DNA of 64,000 nucleotides from Acidobacteriaceae bacterium (GTDB lineage Bacteria; Acidobacteriota; Terriglobia; Terriglobales; Acidobacteriaceae), in NCBI GenBank assembly GCA_030041305.1, contig JASHOC010000174.1:789-64788 (forward strand), given 5' to 3'. Within the stretch, counting starts at the first letter, position 1. Every line of letters begins with the position of its first letter. The notes below the pieces were generated by a model. It searched no databases and had not been told where the DNA came from. It was given only the letters and a program-made list of their open reading frames with translations. Positions 8,518-18,828 of the stretch are shown piece by piece. The position numbers and the translations under genes are program-made.

Positions 8518-11193
8518 TTGCGGCGAAGATCGCTTATGCTGGAAGCAATTCCTTTTGCTTTGGCAGGCCCAGCAAACACCCACATGAATCCAGTGTCCTT
8601 AGCGGTGAACGATCTTCGGGAGCAGTATCTGCGGGAGATGGCGCTGGTGCGCCAGACCTGTGAGCGCACCGGGGACGGCACGGCCGCCATTCGCCGCCGC
8701 TCGGCGGTGGTGGATCGCATGGTGATTGAAATGTGGCGCCGGGCATTCGCCGGGCGGCCGGCGCAAAACGCCGCCGTGCTGGCCCTGGGCGGCTACGGCC
8801 GCAAAGATCTTTTCCCTTGTTCCGACATCGATGTGCTGTTCGCCTTCGGCGACGACAAGACCGAGGAGCAGTCGCGGGAAGCCGTCCGCGCCATCATTCA
8901 GGGCATGTGGGACGTGGGACTGCGCGCCAGCCCCACCTCCCGGACGCTTAAGGAAGCCGGACGATTCGAACCGGACAATCTGGAATTTACGCTGGCGACC
9001 CTGGATCGGCGGTTCCTGGCCGGCCAGTTCCCTCTCTACCAGCAGCTGCACCAGATGGTGTTTCCGGGGCTGGTGCTGAGCGAGTGGACGGCGATCACGC
9101 AAAAGCTGGGAGAGATTGCGCGCGCGCGCCACGCCAAATATGGCAACACCATTTTTCATCTGGAGCCTAACCTGAAGGAGGGCCCTGGCGGGTTGCGCGA
9201 TTATCACCTCTCGATCTGGTTCGCCTTACTTTTTCATTTGAAGGAAACCAAGGAGTGGCCGCGGCAGCGCGGCGGGGTGTTCCAAAGCGTGCGCGGCGAC
9301 GCCGAGGCGGCCTTCGATTTTCTGGCGGCGGCGCGCTGCTTTCTGCATTTCCGCCACGGGCGCGACGACAACGTTCTCGACTGGCAGTCCCAGGACGAGG
9401 CGGCCGCGCTTTCGATCGGTCTGGAGACGCGAGGCACGGCTGATCCCTCGTATTGGATGCGGACTTACTACCGGCATGCGCGGGTGATTTATCGGCGCGC
9501 CGTGCTGCTGATGGAGCACCTGCCGGCGCCCGTGAGTTTCTACCGGCAATTCCGGCGGCGGCGCACGCCCATTGCGGGCACCGACTTCGTGCTCGACCAG
9601 GGACGCATCGACGTGCAGCCGGGCGCGCAGTTCCACGATACGGCGGCGATTTTGCGCGTTTTCTCGCTGATAGCCACGCACGGCTACACCTTGTCGCAGG
9701 CCGCCGAGGACCGCATTTCCGACGCGCTGCCGGTGCTGGCCATTCATATTCCCGAGGGGCCTTATTTGTGGAACGCGCTGCGCGAGGTGCTGGTGGGGCC
9801 GCATGCGGCGCTGGCGCTGCGCACCATGCACGCGCTGGGAGTGCTGGAGATGCTGATCCCCGAGTTTCACGGCATCGACGCGCTGGTGATCCGCGACAGC
9901 TATCACCGCTATACGGTGGACGAGCACACGTTTCTGGCCATCGACAACGTCCACGGACTGCGGCAACCCCTGCACGAATACGAGCAACGGTTGGCGCAGC
10001 TGGCGCCGGAGATCGACCGGCTGGACCTGTTTCTGCTGGCGCTGCTGCTGCACGACACGGGCAAAGCGCGGCGCAATGGCGAACACGCCACGCAGAGCGT
10101 GGAGCTGGCCGACAGTTTTCTGGCCCGGCTCGACTTCGACGCCGAGGAGCGCGAGATCATCCGCAAACTGATCCGGCTGCACCTGGAAATGTCGCAGGCT
10201 ATGCGGCGCGACATTTTCGATCACGAGAACGTGCGCAACTTTGCGGAAAAGATCGGGAGCCCGCAAATGCTGAAGATGCTGACGGTGATGACATTTGCCG
10301 ACATCAAGGCGGTGAACCCCGAGGCGCTGACGCCGTGGAAGGCGGAGAACCTTTGGCAGTTTTATATGTCGACGGCCAATTTCATGGACCGTTCCGTGGA
10401 CGAGACGCGCTACCACGCGGCCATCGATCCCACGCTGTTGAATCGCATCCGGTCGATGGTTCCGGCGGCGCAGCACGAAGCGCTCAGGCAATTTTTGGAG
10501 GGGCTGCCGCAGCGCTATCTGCAGACGCGGCTGCCGGAGCAGATTCGCAGCCATTTCCAGATGGCGCTGAACCTGGAGAGAGACCCGGTGCAGCTGGACC
10601 TGCGGCCCAACCGGCAGCTCTTCGACTTGACGGTGATCACGCGCGACCGGACGCGGCTGTTCGCCGACGTGGCCGGAGCGCTGGCGGCTTGGGGGATGAA
10701 CATTGTGCGCGCGGGAGCGTTTTCCAACGAGGCGGGCGTGATTGTGGACAGCTTCCATTTTTCCGATGTGTTCCGCACCATTGAGCTGAACCCGAGCGAG
10801 AAGGAGCGGTTCCTCGAAAACATGCACGACGTGGTGGCGCAAAAGGTTCCGGTGCAGCAACTGCTCCAGGCGCGGCGGCATTTGAACCACCCGGGCAACC
10901 TGAAAGTCGAAGTGCCCACGCGGCTGGACTTCGACCCGGAATCGTCGTCGCACTCGACGCTGCTCGAGGTGGTGGCGCAGGATCTGCCGGGGCTGCTGCG
11001 AGAGATCGCGCTGACCCTGAGCGCGCATGACTGCAACATCAAAGTGGCGCTCATCGACACCGAGGGGGAGACAGCGATCGACGTGTTTTACCTGACCAGC
11101 CGGGGGAAGAAGCTGACCGCCGAGGCCCAGGAGAAACTGGCCGACGATCTCACCGGAGCGCTTGAGGAGATGCGGACAGCGAAGGCAAGATAG
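8518..11193 (+). CDS. glnD: [Protein-PII] uridylyltransferase / uridylyl-removing enzyme
   Basis: Nucleotidyltransferase motif '[21 protein letters not shown]', HD domain '[12 protein letters not shown]', and two C-terminal ACT domains. The start is uncertain (TTG 8518, ATG 8536 or ATG 8584). Confidence 0.9.
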   Translation: MRRRSLMLEAIPFALAGPANTHMNPVSLAVNDLREQYLREMALVRQTCERTGDGTAAIRRRSAVVDRMVIEMWRRAFAGRPAQNAAVLALGGYGRKDLFPCSDIDVLFAFGDDKTEEQSREAVRAIIQGMWDVGLRASPTSRTLKEAGRFEPDNLEFTLATLDRRFLAGQFPLYQQLHQMVFPGLVLSEWTAITQKLGEIARARHAKYGNTIFHLEPNLKEGPGGLRDYHLSIWFALLFHLKETKEWPRQRGGVFQSVRGDAEAAFDFLAAARCFLHFRHGRDDNVLDWQSQDEAAALSIGLETRGTADPSYWMRTYYRHARVIYRRAVLLMEHLPAPVSFYRQFRRRRTPIAGTDFVLDQGRIDVQPGAQFHDTAAILRVFSLIATHGYTLSQAAEDRISDALPVLAIHIPEGPYLWNALREVLVGPHAALALRTMHALGVLEMLIPEFHGIDALVIRDSYHRYTVDEHTFLAIDNVHGLRQPLHEYEQRLAQLAPEIDRLDLFLLALLLHDTGKARRNGEHATQSVELADSFLARLDFDAEEREIIRKLIRLHLEMSQAMRRDIFDHENVRNFAEKIGSPQMLKMLTVMTFADIKAVNPEALTPWKAENLWQFYMSTANFMDRSVDETRYHAAIDPTLLNRIRSMVPAAQHEALRQFLEGLPQRYLQTRLPEQIRSHFQMALNLERDPVQLDLRPNRQLFDLTVITRDRTRLFADVAGALAAWGMNIVRAGAFSNEAGVIVDSFHFSDVFRTIELNPSEKERFLENMHDVVAQKVPVQQLLQARRHLNHPGNLKVEVPTRLDFDPESSSHSTLLEVVAQDLPGLLREIALTLSAHDCNIKVALIDTEGETAIDVFYLTSRGKKLTAEAQEKLADDLTGALEEMRTAKAR

Positions 11194-11206
11194 CCCGAGC
11201 CCGGGC

Positions 11207-12046
11207 TCAACTTGCCTTTTCTCGCTTTGGCTCGGCGTGGAGATATTTTCTGCGCAGCGCGTTCGAAGCCGTCAGCGCCGCGGCGAGTTTTTGCCGGGCG
11301 GTTTTCTGGATGCGGTCCAACAGGGGACGGTCCTGTTGGGAGTCGAGCACTTCAGCGGCAATCTGCTTCAGTTGCACCCAATCGTGCCATTCGCCGATGT
11401 GGTCATTGACCTTGCCGAGCTCATCCATAAAGGTCGAATCGGATTCGGGATAAAGCTGCAGGACGTAGCGGAGTTCCTTGACCTTGAGGCGGAAGGCATG
11501 GACGTTGCGCGCGCTGAGCCGAGGCCAATGACTCAGCTCGTCGACGAGGGCCGCGGCGGCCGAGTCCTGGCCATTCTCCGAGTCCACGGTGCGCGATACG
11601 GCGAGGGGCGCATGTTTTTTGCCGGAAAAGACCGCCTCGACGAACTTTTCATACTTTTTCAAGTGGCGGCGGGCGGGTTTGCGCAGTTTTCCCACCGCGT
11701 CGAGCAGGGCGCCGGCGCTCTCCTGGCGGAGGATTCCGAGATGTTCGATCAGGCGGATTAGCGCATCCTCATTCTGCCCATGCTGCAGGTCGAGCGCGTC
11801 GGCGGTGAGCACGTCCATGTCGCGCACGCCGCCAGCAGCTTTGCGCACCGGCTTGATGGATTTGAGCAGGCGGCGGGTGATCTTTCCGTCGGCGGGCGCG
11901 AGCGCGGCGGCGACGGCCTCAATCCGCCGGCTGCGGGTGCGCAGTTTGTGGACGTCATCGGGTGGAGGATCCTTGGGGAAACTCTTCAGCGATTTGCGAA
12001 GCTGCCGCAACGGTTTCTCGACGCGATCCAGTTGCATGGCCATCAC
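11207..12046 (-). CDS. CHAD domain-containing protein
   Basis: 279 aa and all-helical. 'DDVHKLRTRSRRIEAVAAAL' and 'HAFRLKVKELRYVLQLY' match the conserved His/Arg helices of CHAD domains. Confidence 0.7.
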   Translation of the reverse strand: MMAMQLDRVEKPLRQLRKSLKSFPKDPPPDDVHKLRTRSRRIEAVAAALAPADGKITRRLLKSIKPVRKAAGGVRDMDVLTADALDLQHGQNEDALIRLIEHLGILRQESAGALLDAVGKLRKPARRHLKKYEKFVEAVFSGKKHAPLAVSRTVDSENGQDSAAAALVDELSHWPRLSARNVHAFRLKVKELRYVLQLYPESDSTFMDELGKVNDHIGEWHDWVQLKQIAAEVLDSQQDRPLLDRIQKTARQKLAAALTASNALRRKYLHAEPKREKAS

Positions 12047-12182
12047 CCCTTAGCTTGAATCGCCATGGCGGGGGTTGGCAAGGGACCCTGGCGTCCAACC
12101 ACGAGCTGTGGCCCAAGGCGCAAAGGAACCGCTTCGCCGGGGCTGGGAATGTGGCGAAACCTCGGACTTCCTATGTCTGGAA

Positions 12183-12446
12183 TCAAATATATAACGGATC
12201 TTGCCTTTCTGGATGCATCGGTGATTCTAAATAGCAATGGGTAAGCCCAATCTCCGATACAGGCCTATGGCGTTCCGCACGGCGGTGAAAGGGCAGAACA
12301 ATAAGCAGGGCCAAGCCGATGGCCACCACGATGGCGAGCACAATGAGCGAATAGAGCAAGATGAGGCTGGGCCCCTGCGATTCCGGTTCGTTCTCAGAGG
12401 GTTGCAGGGGGTTTCGGCGCCTGTCGTCGGGTTCGAGATCATTCAT
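12183..12446 (-). CDS. Small single-pass membrane protein (87 aa), hypothetical
   Basis: The ATG overlaps the permease stop by 8 nt. It has one strong TM segment, 'LILLYSLIVLAIVVAIGLALLIVL'. No homology recognised. Confidence 0.4.
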   Translation of the reverse strand: MNDLEPDDRRRNPLQPSENEPESQGPSLILLYSLIVLAIVVAIGLALLIVLPFHRRAERHRPVSEIGLTHCYLESPMHPERQDPLYI

Positions 12447-13713
12447 ATTTGAGCGCCTCTACGGGGTCCATTTGGGCGGCGCGGGTGGCGGGGACGGTGC
12501 CGAAGACGACGCCCACAGCCGTGGCCGCGGTGAGCGCAATCAGCACCGAAAGCCAGGAAAAGGGCACGGCGTAATTGGTGAAGAAGCGGATGGAGAGCGG
12601 GACCATCAGTCCGACCAGCGTGCCCACAACGCCCCCGGTGAGGGAGATGATGACGGCCTCGGAGAGAAATTGCAGTTGAATCTCGCGATAGGTGGCGCCG
12701 AGGGCCTTACGGATGCCGATTTCGCGGATGCGGGAGCGGACATTGGCCAGCATGATGTTCATAATGCCCACTCCGCCCACGGCCAGGGTCACGGCGGCTA
12801 CCAAAACCAGTACCGCCGTAAGGGCGTTGGCGATTTCGCCCGCCGTGGTGATCAGGGCGCTGAGGGTGAGCGGCACATAGACGGAGTTGGGCCGGTGGCG
12901 CGCGTGGACAATGCGCACGATCTCCTTGGCCGCGTCGGGCACTTCGCTCATGTTGCGCATGGAAAAGTAAATTTGGTTCACGGCCTCGGTGCCGGTGAAA
13001 TAGCGGGCTACGGAATAGGGAATGAGGACCGTCTCCGGAGCGAGTTCCGATTCACCGAAATCGTTCACTGCTTCGCGGAAGACGCCGATGATGGTGAAGG
13101 GAATGCCTTGGACCTGGAACGTCTGCCCCACGGCGGCATCGTCGTTGCCGTAGCGGTCGTCGGCGAACGTCTGGGTCACCACGGCGCAGTGCTGGTGGGT
13201 GGCGTCGTCGGTCTGGTCGAAAAAGCGGCCGTCGGTGACGATGAGGTTGCGAATCTGCTGGTAATCGGGGCTCACGCCGAGCACCAGCGTGTCTTTCACC
13301 ACGCCTCCGCCGAAACTGATGCGGTCATGCATCGCCAGGACGGGCGAGGAATAGATGACGCCCGGCACGTCCTGGTCCACGATATTTTCGTCGTCGATGG
13401 TGAGGTAGTCGTTATAAGCCACACGCTCTGAGGGGGTGGCGCCACCGCCGGCATATTCGAGCTCGACCATGTTGGTGCCGATTTTCTCGATCAACTGCTG
13501 CACGTACTGTTTGCCGGTCATGCCGATGGTCACCACCAGAATCACCGATGCGGTTCCGATGACCATGCCCAATGCGGTGAGGGCGAAGCGGGTTTTGTTG
13601 GCCTTGAAGCTGTCCACGGCCAGCTTCAGAATCTCGCTCATCACCAGGGTTTGCCGGGCGCTCAGCAGCGTCTCTTCAAAACCGCGACGGCGTGTCTCTT
13701 CGAGGGTCTTCAT
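12439..13713 (-). CDS. MacB/FtsX-family ABC transporter permease (MacB periplasmic core + FtsX domains)
   Basis: 424 aa. An N-terminal TM is followed by a large periplasmic domain and a C-terminal 3-TM FtsX module ('IREIGIRKALGATYREIQLQFLSEAVIISL'). Confidence 0.85.
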   Translation of the reverse strand: MKTLEETRRRGFEETLLSARQTLVMSEILKLAVDSFKANKTRFALTALGMVIGTASVILVVTIGMTGKQYVQQLIEKIGTNMVELEYAGGGATPSERVAYNDYLTIDDENIVDQDVPGVIYSSPVLAMHDRISFGGGVVKDTLVLGVSPDYQQIRNLIVTDGRFFDQTDDATHQHCAVVTQTFADDRYGNDDAAVGQTFQVQGIPFTIIGVFREAVNDFGESELAPETVLIPYSVARYFTGTEAVNQIYFSMRNMSEVPDAAKEIVRIVHARHRPNSVYVPLTLSALITTAGEIANALTAVLVLVAAVTLAVGGVGIMNIMLANVRSRIREIGIRKALGATYREIQLQFLSEAVIISLTGGVVGTLVGLMVPLSIRFFTNYAVPFSWLSVLIALTAATAVGVVFGTVPATRAAQMDPVEALKYE

Positions 13714-13870
13714 GACTTCCTGCTTACCAAGATGCAGCGGCGAGTTCCGGGGTTCGATGAGATTTGCGGGGCCGGGCCGATGGGCGGCCCGGGATACGGC
13801 CTGCTACGGATAGAGTACGCGCCACACGCAACATCTTGAAAGGCCGTAGGGCCGGTGGAGTGGCCGGACG

Positions 13871-14194
13871 CTATGGCTGGGCCGGCTTGGCCGGCGTACA
13901 TTGGATGGCGTTATTGCGCGCCCAGCGGATCACGTCCAAAGCTATGCCTCGCATGCAGTCCGTGGGGCCGTCGTGCGGCACGCCCGTAAAATCAATACCC
14001 ACTCCAATCCTGGGCCGGGCGCCTTTGACGAACAGGCTATAGAGAACGCCGGAGCGGAGATCTTTCACCATCAGGCAGCGCGCTTCGGCGCCAGCCTGCA
14101 CGCAGCCTTGTCCCCGAACCGGCGTCGGCTGGAGCACTCCCTGACCCCCAACCAGCGCCAACAGGAGCGCCACCGCGAGCGCGATTGCGTTCAT
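13871..14194 (-). CDS. Small secreted Cys-containing protein (107 aa), hypothetical
   Basis: Signal peptide 'MNAIALAVALLLALVGGQG' and 4 Cys. The start overlaps the rsmA stop (ATGA at 14191-14194). Confidence 0.5.
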   Translation of the reverse strand: MNAIALAVALLLALVGGQGVLQPTPVRGQGCVQAGAEARCLMVKDLRSGVLYSLFVKGARPRIGVGIDFTGVPHDGPTDCMRGIALDVIRWARNNAIQCTPAKPAQP

Positions 14195-15036
14195 GACGGT
14201 TCTCCTTCCTCTGCGCCGATGAGCTGCGGATTTTCAGCGCGGACAGCGGATTCGAAGCCGCTCCAAAGGCGCGCCAAGGTTTCGAGCGGCAAAGCCTCGG
14301 CGCGGGCCTGCGGATGGATGTCTGCGCGGGCGAGGGCCGTGGTGACGGCGTGGGGCGCCCAGCCCGCGGCGCGCAAATTGTTGGCCAGCGTCTTACGTTT
14401 GTGCGCAAAAGCCCAGCGCGCGAAGCGCAGAAAGCCAGCCGGGTCCGCGATGCCGAGCTCGGCAAAACGCGGCGCAAAGCGCCAGCGGAAGACCGTGGAG
14501 TGGACCTGGGGCGGCGGCGAAAACGCCGACGGGGGCAAGGTGAAAAGTGGCTCCACGGGCCCATGGACTTGCACGGCCACGGAAAGCAAACCGTAATCCC
14601 GCGATCCCGGATTGGCGATCACCCGGTCCGCGACTTCCCGCTGCACCATCAGGACGGCGAGATCGAGAGCCGCATGGCTGGCGGCCAGTTTGAGCAGGAT
14701 GGGCGAAGTGATGTAGTAGGGTAAGTTGCCCGCCACGCGGAGCTTCATGCCGGCCCGGGCTTGGGCGGCGGCGAAATCGAAGCGCAAAACGTCCTGCTCG
14801 AGAATAGCGACGCGCTCGGCGGGAAAACGCTGGCGCAGGCCGCCGGCAAATTCGGAGTCCAGCTCGATGGCCAGCACATGACCGGCCCGTGCGGCCAGTT
14901 CCCCGGTGATGGCGCCGCGTCCCGGCCCGATCTCGACCACGGTTCTCCCGGGCACATCGCCCAGAGCCGCGGCAATCCGCTCCGCCGCCTGGTGATCCAT
15001 GAGAAGATGCTGTCCGAGCTTGGGTTTGGCGGGCAT
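14191..15036 (-). CDS. rsmA: 16S rRNA (adenine1518/1519-N6)-dimethyltransferase
   Basis: 'KLGQHLLMD' and the SAM motif 'VVEIGPGRGAITGEL', with 'GNLPYYITSPIL' (the NLPY motif of KsgA). Confidence 0.9.
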   Translation of the reverse strand: MPAKPKLGQHLLMDHQAAERIAAALGDVPGRTVVEIGPGRGAITGELAARAGHVLAIELDSEFAGGLRQRFPAERVAILEQDVLRFDFAAAQARAGMKLRVAGNLPYYITSPILLKLAASHAALDLAVLMVQREVADRVIANPGSRDYGLLSVAVQVHGPVEPLFTLPPSAFSPPPQVHSTVFRWRFAPRFAELGIADPAGFLRFARWAFAHKRKTLANNLRAAGWAPHAVTTALARADIHPQARAEALPLETLARLWSGFESAVRAENPQLIGAEEGEPS

Positions 15037-15371
15037 GACTGAAGTCGCCTACTCATCTTAGATGAGGCGTGTTCCGGGCCGTGGCAACCCGCCCGGCAGC
15101 CCTTCCGCCAAAAAACTCCGCGACCGAATCTCCACGCCCAAAAAATTGAAACTTTGCGCGGTCGTAGAAGCTCTGTTACAATCAGTTTCGAGATGTTGCG
15201 CTCATCCCAGCGCTGTCTGTGTTGTCGCCTGTCGAACAATTTCGACGGGTGTACGCGCTAGTCTCTTCCCCTCAGCACAATCGATCCGGAAGACACACCC
15301 GTTGTTGATAGCCGGGTTTATATTGTTGCGCGCCGGCTTTCAGCACCCCCACCGCAAACAGTGAGGTCCCG

Positions 15372-16328
15372 ATGCCGGTCGCAGAAGCGGAAACGCCCGT
15401 ACGATCCTCCTCCGAATTTCTTAACTCCCAGGGCCGCCTGAGTCATCTTCGGCTGCTGGAAGCGGAAAGCATCCATATTTTGCGTGAGGTGGCTTCTGAG
15501 TTTGAGCGGCCGGTGATGCTGTACTCCATCGGCAAGGATTCGTCGGTGATGCTGCGGCTGGCGCAGAAGGCCTTCTATCCCGCGCCAATTCCCTTCCCGC
15601 TGCTGCACATCGACACCGGCTTCAAGTTCGCCGAGATGCTCCAGTTCCGCGACAACACGGCGCGCGAGGTGGGCGCGGAGTTGCTGGTGTGGCGCAATGA
15701 GCCCGCGATCGCGGCGGGCACGAATCCGATTGTGCTTGACACCAAGCGCTGCTGCGGGCTGCTGAAGACGCAAGCCTTGCTCGACGCGCTCCGCCATTAC
15801 AACTTCGACGCGGCTTTCGGCGGCGCGCGCCGCGACGAGGAAAAATCGCGCGCCAAGGAGCGCATCTATTCCTTCCGCGACTCGGCCGGACAGTGGGATC
15901 CAAAAAACCAGCGCCCCGAGTTGTGGAACCTCTATAACGGGCGCATCCATCCCGGAGAAAGCATCCGCGTGTTTCCGCTCTCGAGCTGGACGGAGATGGA
16001 CGTGTGGCAGTACATCCACGAGGAAAAGATTCCGGTGGTCGATCTCTACTTCGCCAAGGCGCGCCCCATGTACGTGCGGGGCGAAGCGTTGCTGCCCATC
16101 GAGCAGGATTTTGTGGCGTGGCCGGGCGAAAAGCCGCAGATGGTCGAGTGCCGGCTGCGTTCGCTCGGTTGCAGCCCGTGCACGGGCGCCATTCGCTCCG
16201 ACGCCGACAGCATTCCGGCCATTATTGCGGAGCTGATCTCGTTCCGCTCTTCGGAACGCGCCAACCGCGTGATCGATCACGACCAGGAAGGCTCGATGGA
16301 GATCAAGAAACGGGAGGGGTATTTCTGA
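15372..16328 (+). CDS. cysD: Sulfate adenylyltransferase subunit 2
   Basis: PAPS-reductase/ATP-PPase fold with '[16 protein letters not shown]'. The overall sequence is CysD-like and it precedes cysN. Confidence 0.9.
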   Translation: MPVAEAETPVRSSSEFLNSQGRLSHLRLLEAESIHILREVASEFERPVMLYSIGKDSSVMLRLAQKAFYPAPIPFPLLHIDTGFKFAEMLQFRDNTAREVGAELLVWRNEPAIAAGTNPIVLDTKRCCGLLKTQALLDALRHYNFDAAFGGARRDEEKSRAKERIYSFRDSAGQWDPKNQRPELWNLYNGRIHPGESIRVFPLSSWTEMDVWQYIHEEKIPVVDLYFAKARPMYVRGEALLPIEQDFVAWPGEKPQMVECRLRSLGCSPCTGAIRSDADSIPAIIAELISFRSSERANRVIDHDQEGSMEIKKREGYF

Positions 16329-16396
16329 GAAGCAGGGACCGAGGGAACACGGGACCGAAGGAAAAGAGAGCAGAGAACGGGGCATCGGAGGTTGGA

Positions 16397-18130
16397 GTGG
16401 GAGTTTCGTTGGAGGTTGAGGGAACGCGGTTCGAGATTGAGGATTTTCTTGCCGCCGAGCGCGAAAAGGATCTGCTGCGCTTTTCCACGGCGGGCAGCGT
16501 GGACGACGGCAAATCCACGCTCATTGGCCGTCTTCTCTACGACACGCAATCGGTCTACGAGGACCAGGTGCGCTCGATTGAAGGCAAGGGCACCACGGCG
16601 CCCGGTCAGATCGATTTTGCTCTGTTGACCGACGGGCTGCGCGCGGAACGCGAGCAGGGCATCACCATCGATGTTGCCTACCGGTATTTCTCCACCGCGC
16701 GCCGCAAGTTCATCATCGCCGACACGCCGGGCCACGAGCAGTACACGCGCAATATGGCTACCGGCGCCTCGACCGCCGACGCCGCCGTGGTGCTCATCGA
16801 CGCGAGCAAGGGCGTGCTTATCCAGTCGCGCCGCCATGCCTATATTGCTTCGCTGCTGCGTGTGCGGCAGGTCGTGGTGGCCGTGAACAAGATGGACCTG
16901 ATCGACTTTGACGAACACCGCTTCCGCGCCATCGAGCGGGATTTCAGCAGTGTTCTCGACGCCATCGCCGCGGATACCGGAACGCCGGTGGAGCGCGTCT
17001 TCGTCCCGGTAAGCGCGCTGGGCGGGGATAACGTGGTTCATCGCTCGGACGCCATGCCCTGGTATCGCGGTCCGTCGCTGCTGGAGTTGCTCGAATCGCT
17101 GCCGGCAGCTCACGACAAACTCAGCGAGCACTTCCGTTTTCCCGTGCAGCGCGTGCTTCGCCCCGACCAGAGCTTTCGCGGCTTTGCGGGACAGATCGCC
17201 TCGGGATCGATTCGCGTTGGCGACGACGTCACGGTTCTTCCTTCCGGGCGCGGCGCGAAGATTGAGCGCATCGTCACCTGGGATGGCGATCTGGAAGAAG
17301 CCGTAGCGCCGCTTTCCGTGACGCTGGTGCTGGATCGCGAACTCGACATCAGCCGTGGCGATTTGATTGCCGAAGCGCAAGCGCCGGCCACCGTGGCGCG
17401 CAGCGTGAGGGCGGCGCTGGTGTGGATGGATCAGCGGCCGCTGGACGTGACGCGGCGTTATCTGCTCAAGCACACCAGCCAGACAGCGCCTGCATTCCTT
17501 TCTTCAATCGACTACCGCACCGATTTGACTACGCTGGCGCACGAGCCCGCGGACACGCTGCACATGAACGACATTGGCGCGGCGACGATCAATCTTCTGC
17601 GTCCCATGGCCCTCGATCTCTACAGCAGAAACCGCGGCACCGGCGCGTTTATTCTCATCGATCCCGAATCGAACGCCACTGTCGCCGCGGGCATGGTCAC
17701 GGCTGCTTACGCTTCCGCGGCCACGCGTGAAGGCGACGAGACCGGGGCGTGGGGCCCGGTGACCGCCGGCGAGCGGGAAGCGCGTTGGGGGCATCGCGGC
17801 GCGGCGCTCGAACTGACCGGACCGCAAGCGCTGATCGATTCCATCGAACGCGCCCTTTTCGCCGTGGGCGCGGTGACTACCAGGATTGACGCGGCCAACG
17901 ACACGTTTCTGTTGCATCCCGAATTTCTGGATTTGGCGGCTCGCGTGCAAACGGAATCGGGACTGCTGGCGTTGGTGGTTCACGCCAACCAGAGCGCCAT
18001 GTTGACGGCGCGCGTGGAGGGCCTGGAGCTTTCGCTGGACGCCGAAAATCCGATGCGCGCGGTCGCGGCCGTACACGAGCTTCTGCGCCGCGTAGGAATT
18101 TTTATTTCCACGGAAAAAGCAGGCTTGTGA
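16397..18130 (+). CDS. cysN: Sulfate adenylyltransferase subunit 1 (GTPase) with a degenerate APS-kinase-like C-terminal domain
   Basis: GTG 16397 is the first possible start after the cysD stop (GGAGG lies 5 nt upstream). G1 'GSVDDGKSTLIGRL', G3 'DTPGHEQY', G4 'NKMD'. The C-terminal ~130 aa align to APS kinase, but the P-loop is 'ELTGPQALIDSIERAL' instead of 'FTGLSGSGKSTxAxAL'. Confidence 0.85.
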   Translation: MGVSLEVEGTRFEIEDFLAAEREKDLLRFSTAGSVDDGKSTLIGRLLYDTQSVYEDQVRSIEGKGTTAPGQIDFALLTDGLRAEREQGITIDVAYRYFSTARRKFIIADTPGHEQYTRNMATGASTADAAVVLIDASKGVLIQSRRHAYIASLLRVRQVVVAVNKMDLIDFDEHRFRAIERDFSSVLDAIAADTGTPVERVFVPVSALGGDNVVHRSDAMPWYRGPSLLELLESLPAAHDKLSEHFRFPVQRVLRPDQSFRGFAGQIASGSIRVGDDVTVLPSGRGAKIERIVTWDGDLEEAVAPLSVTLVLDRELDISRGDLIAEAQAPATVARSVRAALVWMDQRPLDVTRRYLLKHTSQTAPAFLSSIDYRTDLTTLAHEPADTLHMNDIGAATINLLRPMALDLYSRNRGTGAFILIDPESNATVAAGMVTAAYASAATREGDETGAWGPVTAGEREARWGHRGAALELTGPQALIDSIERALFAVGAVTTRIDAANDTFLLHPEFLDLAARVQTESGLLALVVHANQSAMLTARVEGLELSLDAENPMRAVAAVHELLRRVGIFISTEKAGL

Positions 18131-18828
18131 TGGGCACACCGGAAATTGCCGCTGAAGTCGACGCCAAGCTGGCCGAGGTGCGCGCCGCGCTGGCCGGCGA
18201 GATCCGAGGACGGGGCGATGTATGCCTGACTTGCAGCTTCCAGGCCGAAGACATGCTGCTGACGAAGCTCGCCATCGCGCTCGACCCGGAGATTCCGGTG
18301 CTTTTTCTCGACACCGGGTATCACTTTGCCGAGACCTACGCGTATCGCGATCGCATGGCGGGCGAGTGGGAACTGAATTTAATCAATTTGTTGCCGGAAA
18401 AGACCGTTGCCGAACAGGAGGCCGAACACGGACTGCTGTATCAGATCGCGCCCGACCGCTGCTGCGGGTTGCGGAAGGTCGAGCCGCTGTTCAAAGCCGT
18501 GGCCGGGTATCGCGTATGGATCACCGGCCTGAGGCGCGAACAGGCGCGCAGCCGCGCGGCGCTCCAAGAGCGGGCGTTGTTCGCGCTGCCCGGGGGCAGA
18601 CAGGTGTTGAAACTGGCGCCGCTGGCTGCATGGACGACGCGCGACGTGTGGTACGCGTGCGAGCAGCTTGAAATTCCCCTGCTGCCGCTGTATGAGCGCG
18701 GTTATTCGTCGATCGGCTGCGAGCCGTGCACCTCGCTGCCGCTCGATCCCAACGATCCGCGGTCAGGGCGCTGGGGCGGACGCAAAGTGGAGTGCGGCAT
18801 TCACATTCAACCAGTTCCCAGTTCATAG
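18130..18828 (+). CDS. cysH: Adenylyl-sulfate (APS) reductase, thioredoxin-dependent, Fe-S type (CysH family)
   Basis: 'DRCCGLRKVEPL' and 'SSIGCEPCTS' form the CC...CxxC cluster typical of APS rather than PAPS reductases. The catalytic motif is 'KVECGIH'. ATG 18130 overlaps the cysN TGA. Confidence 0.85.
   Translation: MGTPEIAAEVDAKLAEVRAALAGEIRGRGDVCLTCSFQAEDMLLTKLAIALDPEIPVLFLDTGYHFAETYAYRDRMAGEWELNLINLLPEKTVAEQEAEHGLLYQIAPDRCCGLRKVEPLFKAVAGYRVWITGLRREQARSRAALQERALFALPGGRQVLKLAPLAAWTTRDVWYACEQLEIPLLPLYERGYSSIGCEPCTSLPLDPNDPRSGRWGGRKVECGIHIQPVPSS

Noticed and set aside
15174-15182. Extended -10-like 'TGTTACAAT' upstream of cysD
   Set aside because: It is a plausible sigma-70 extended -10 element, but there is no convincing -35 and no knowledge of promoter consensus for this organism. 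It is too weak to list as a feature.
16004-16396. N-terminal extensions of cysN (16004), of the lactonase-like gene (29856), of galK (61248) and of tlyA (29111) in the ORF track
   Set aside because: Each extension overlaps the preceding well-supported gene or a non-coding spacer and lacks family similarity. Internal starts with an RBS or a canonical N-terminus were chosen instead.
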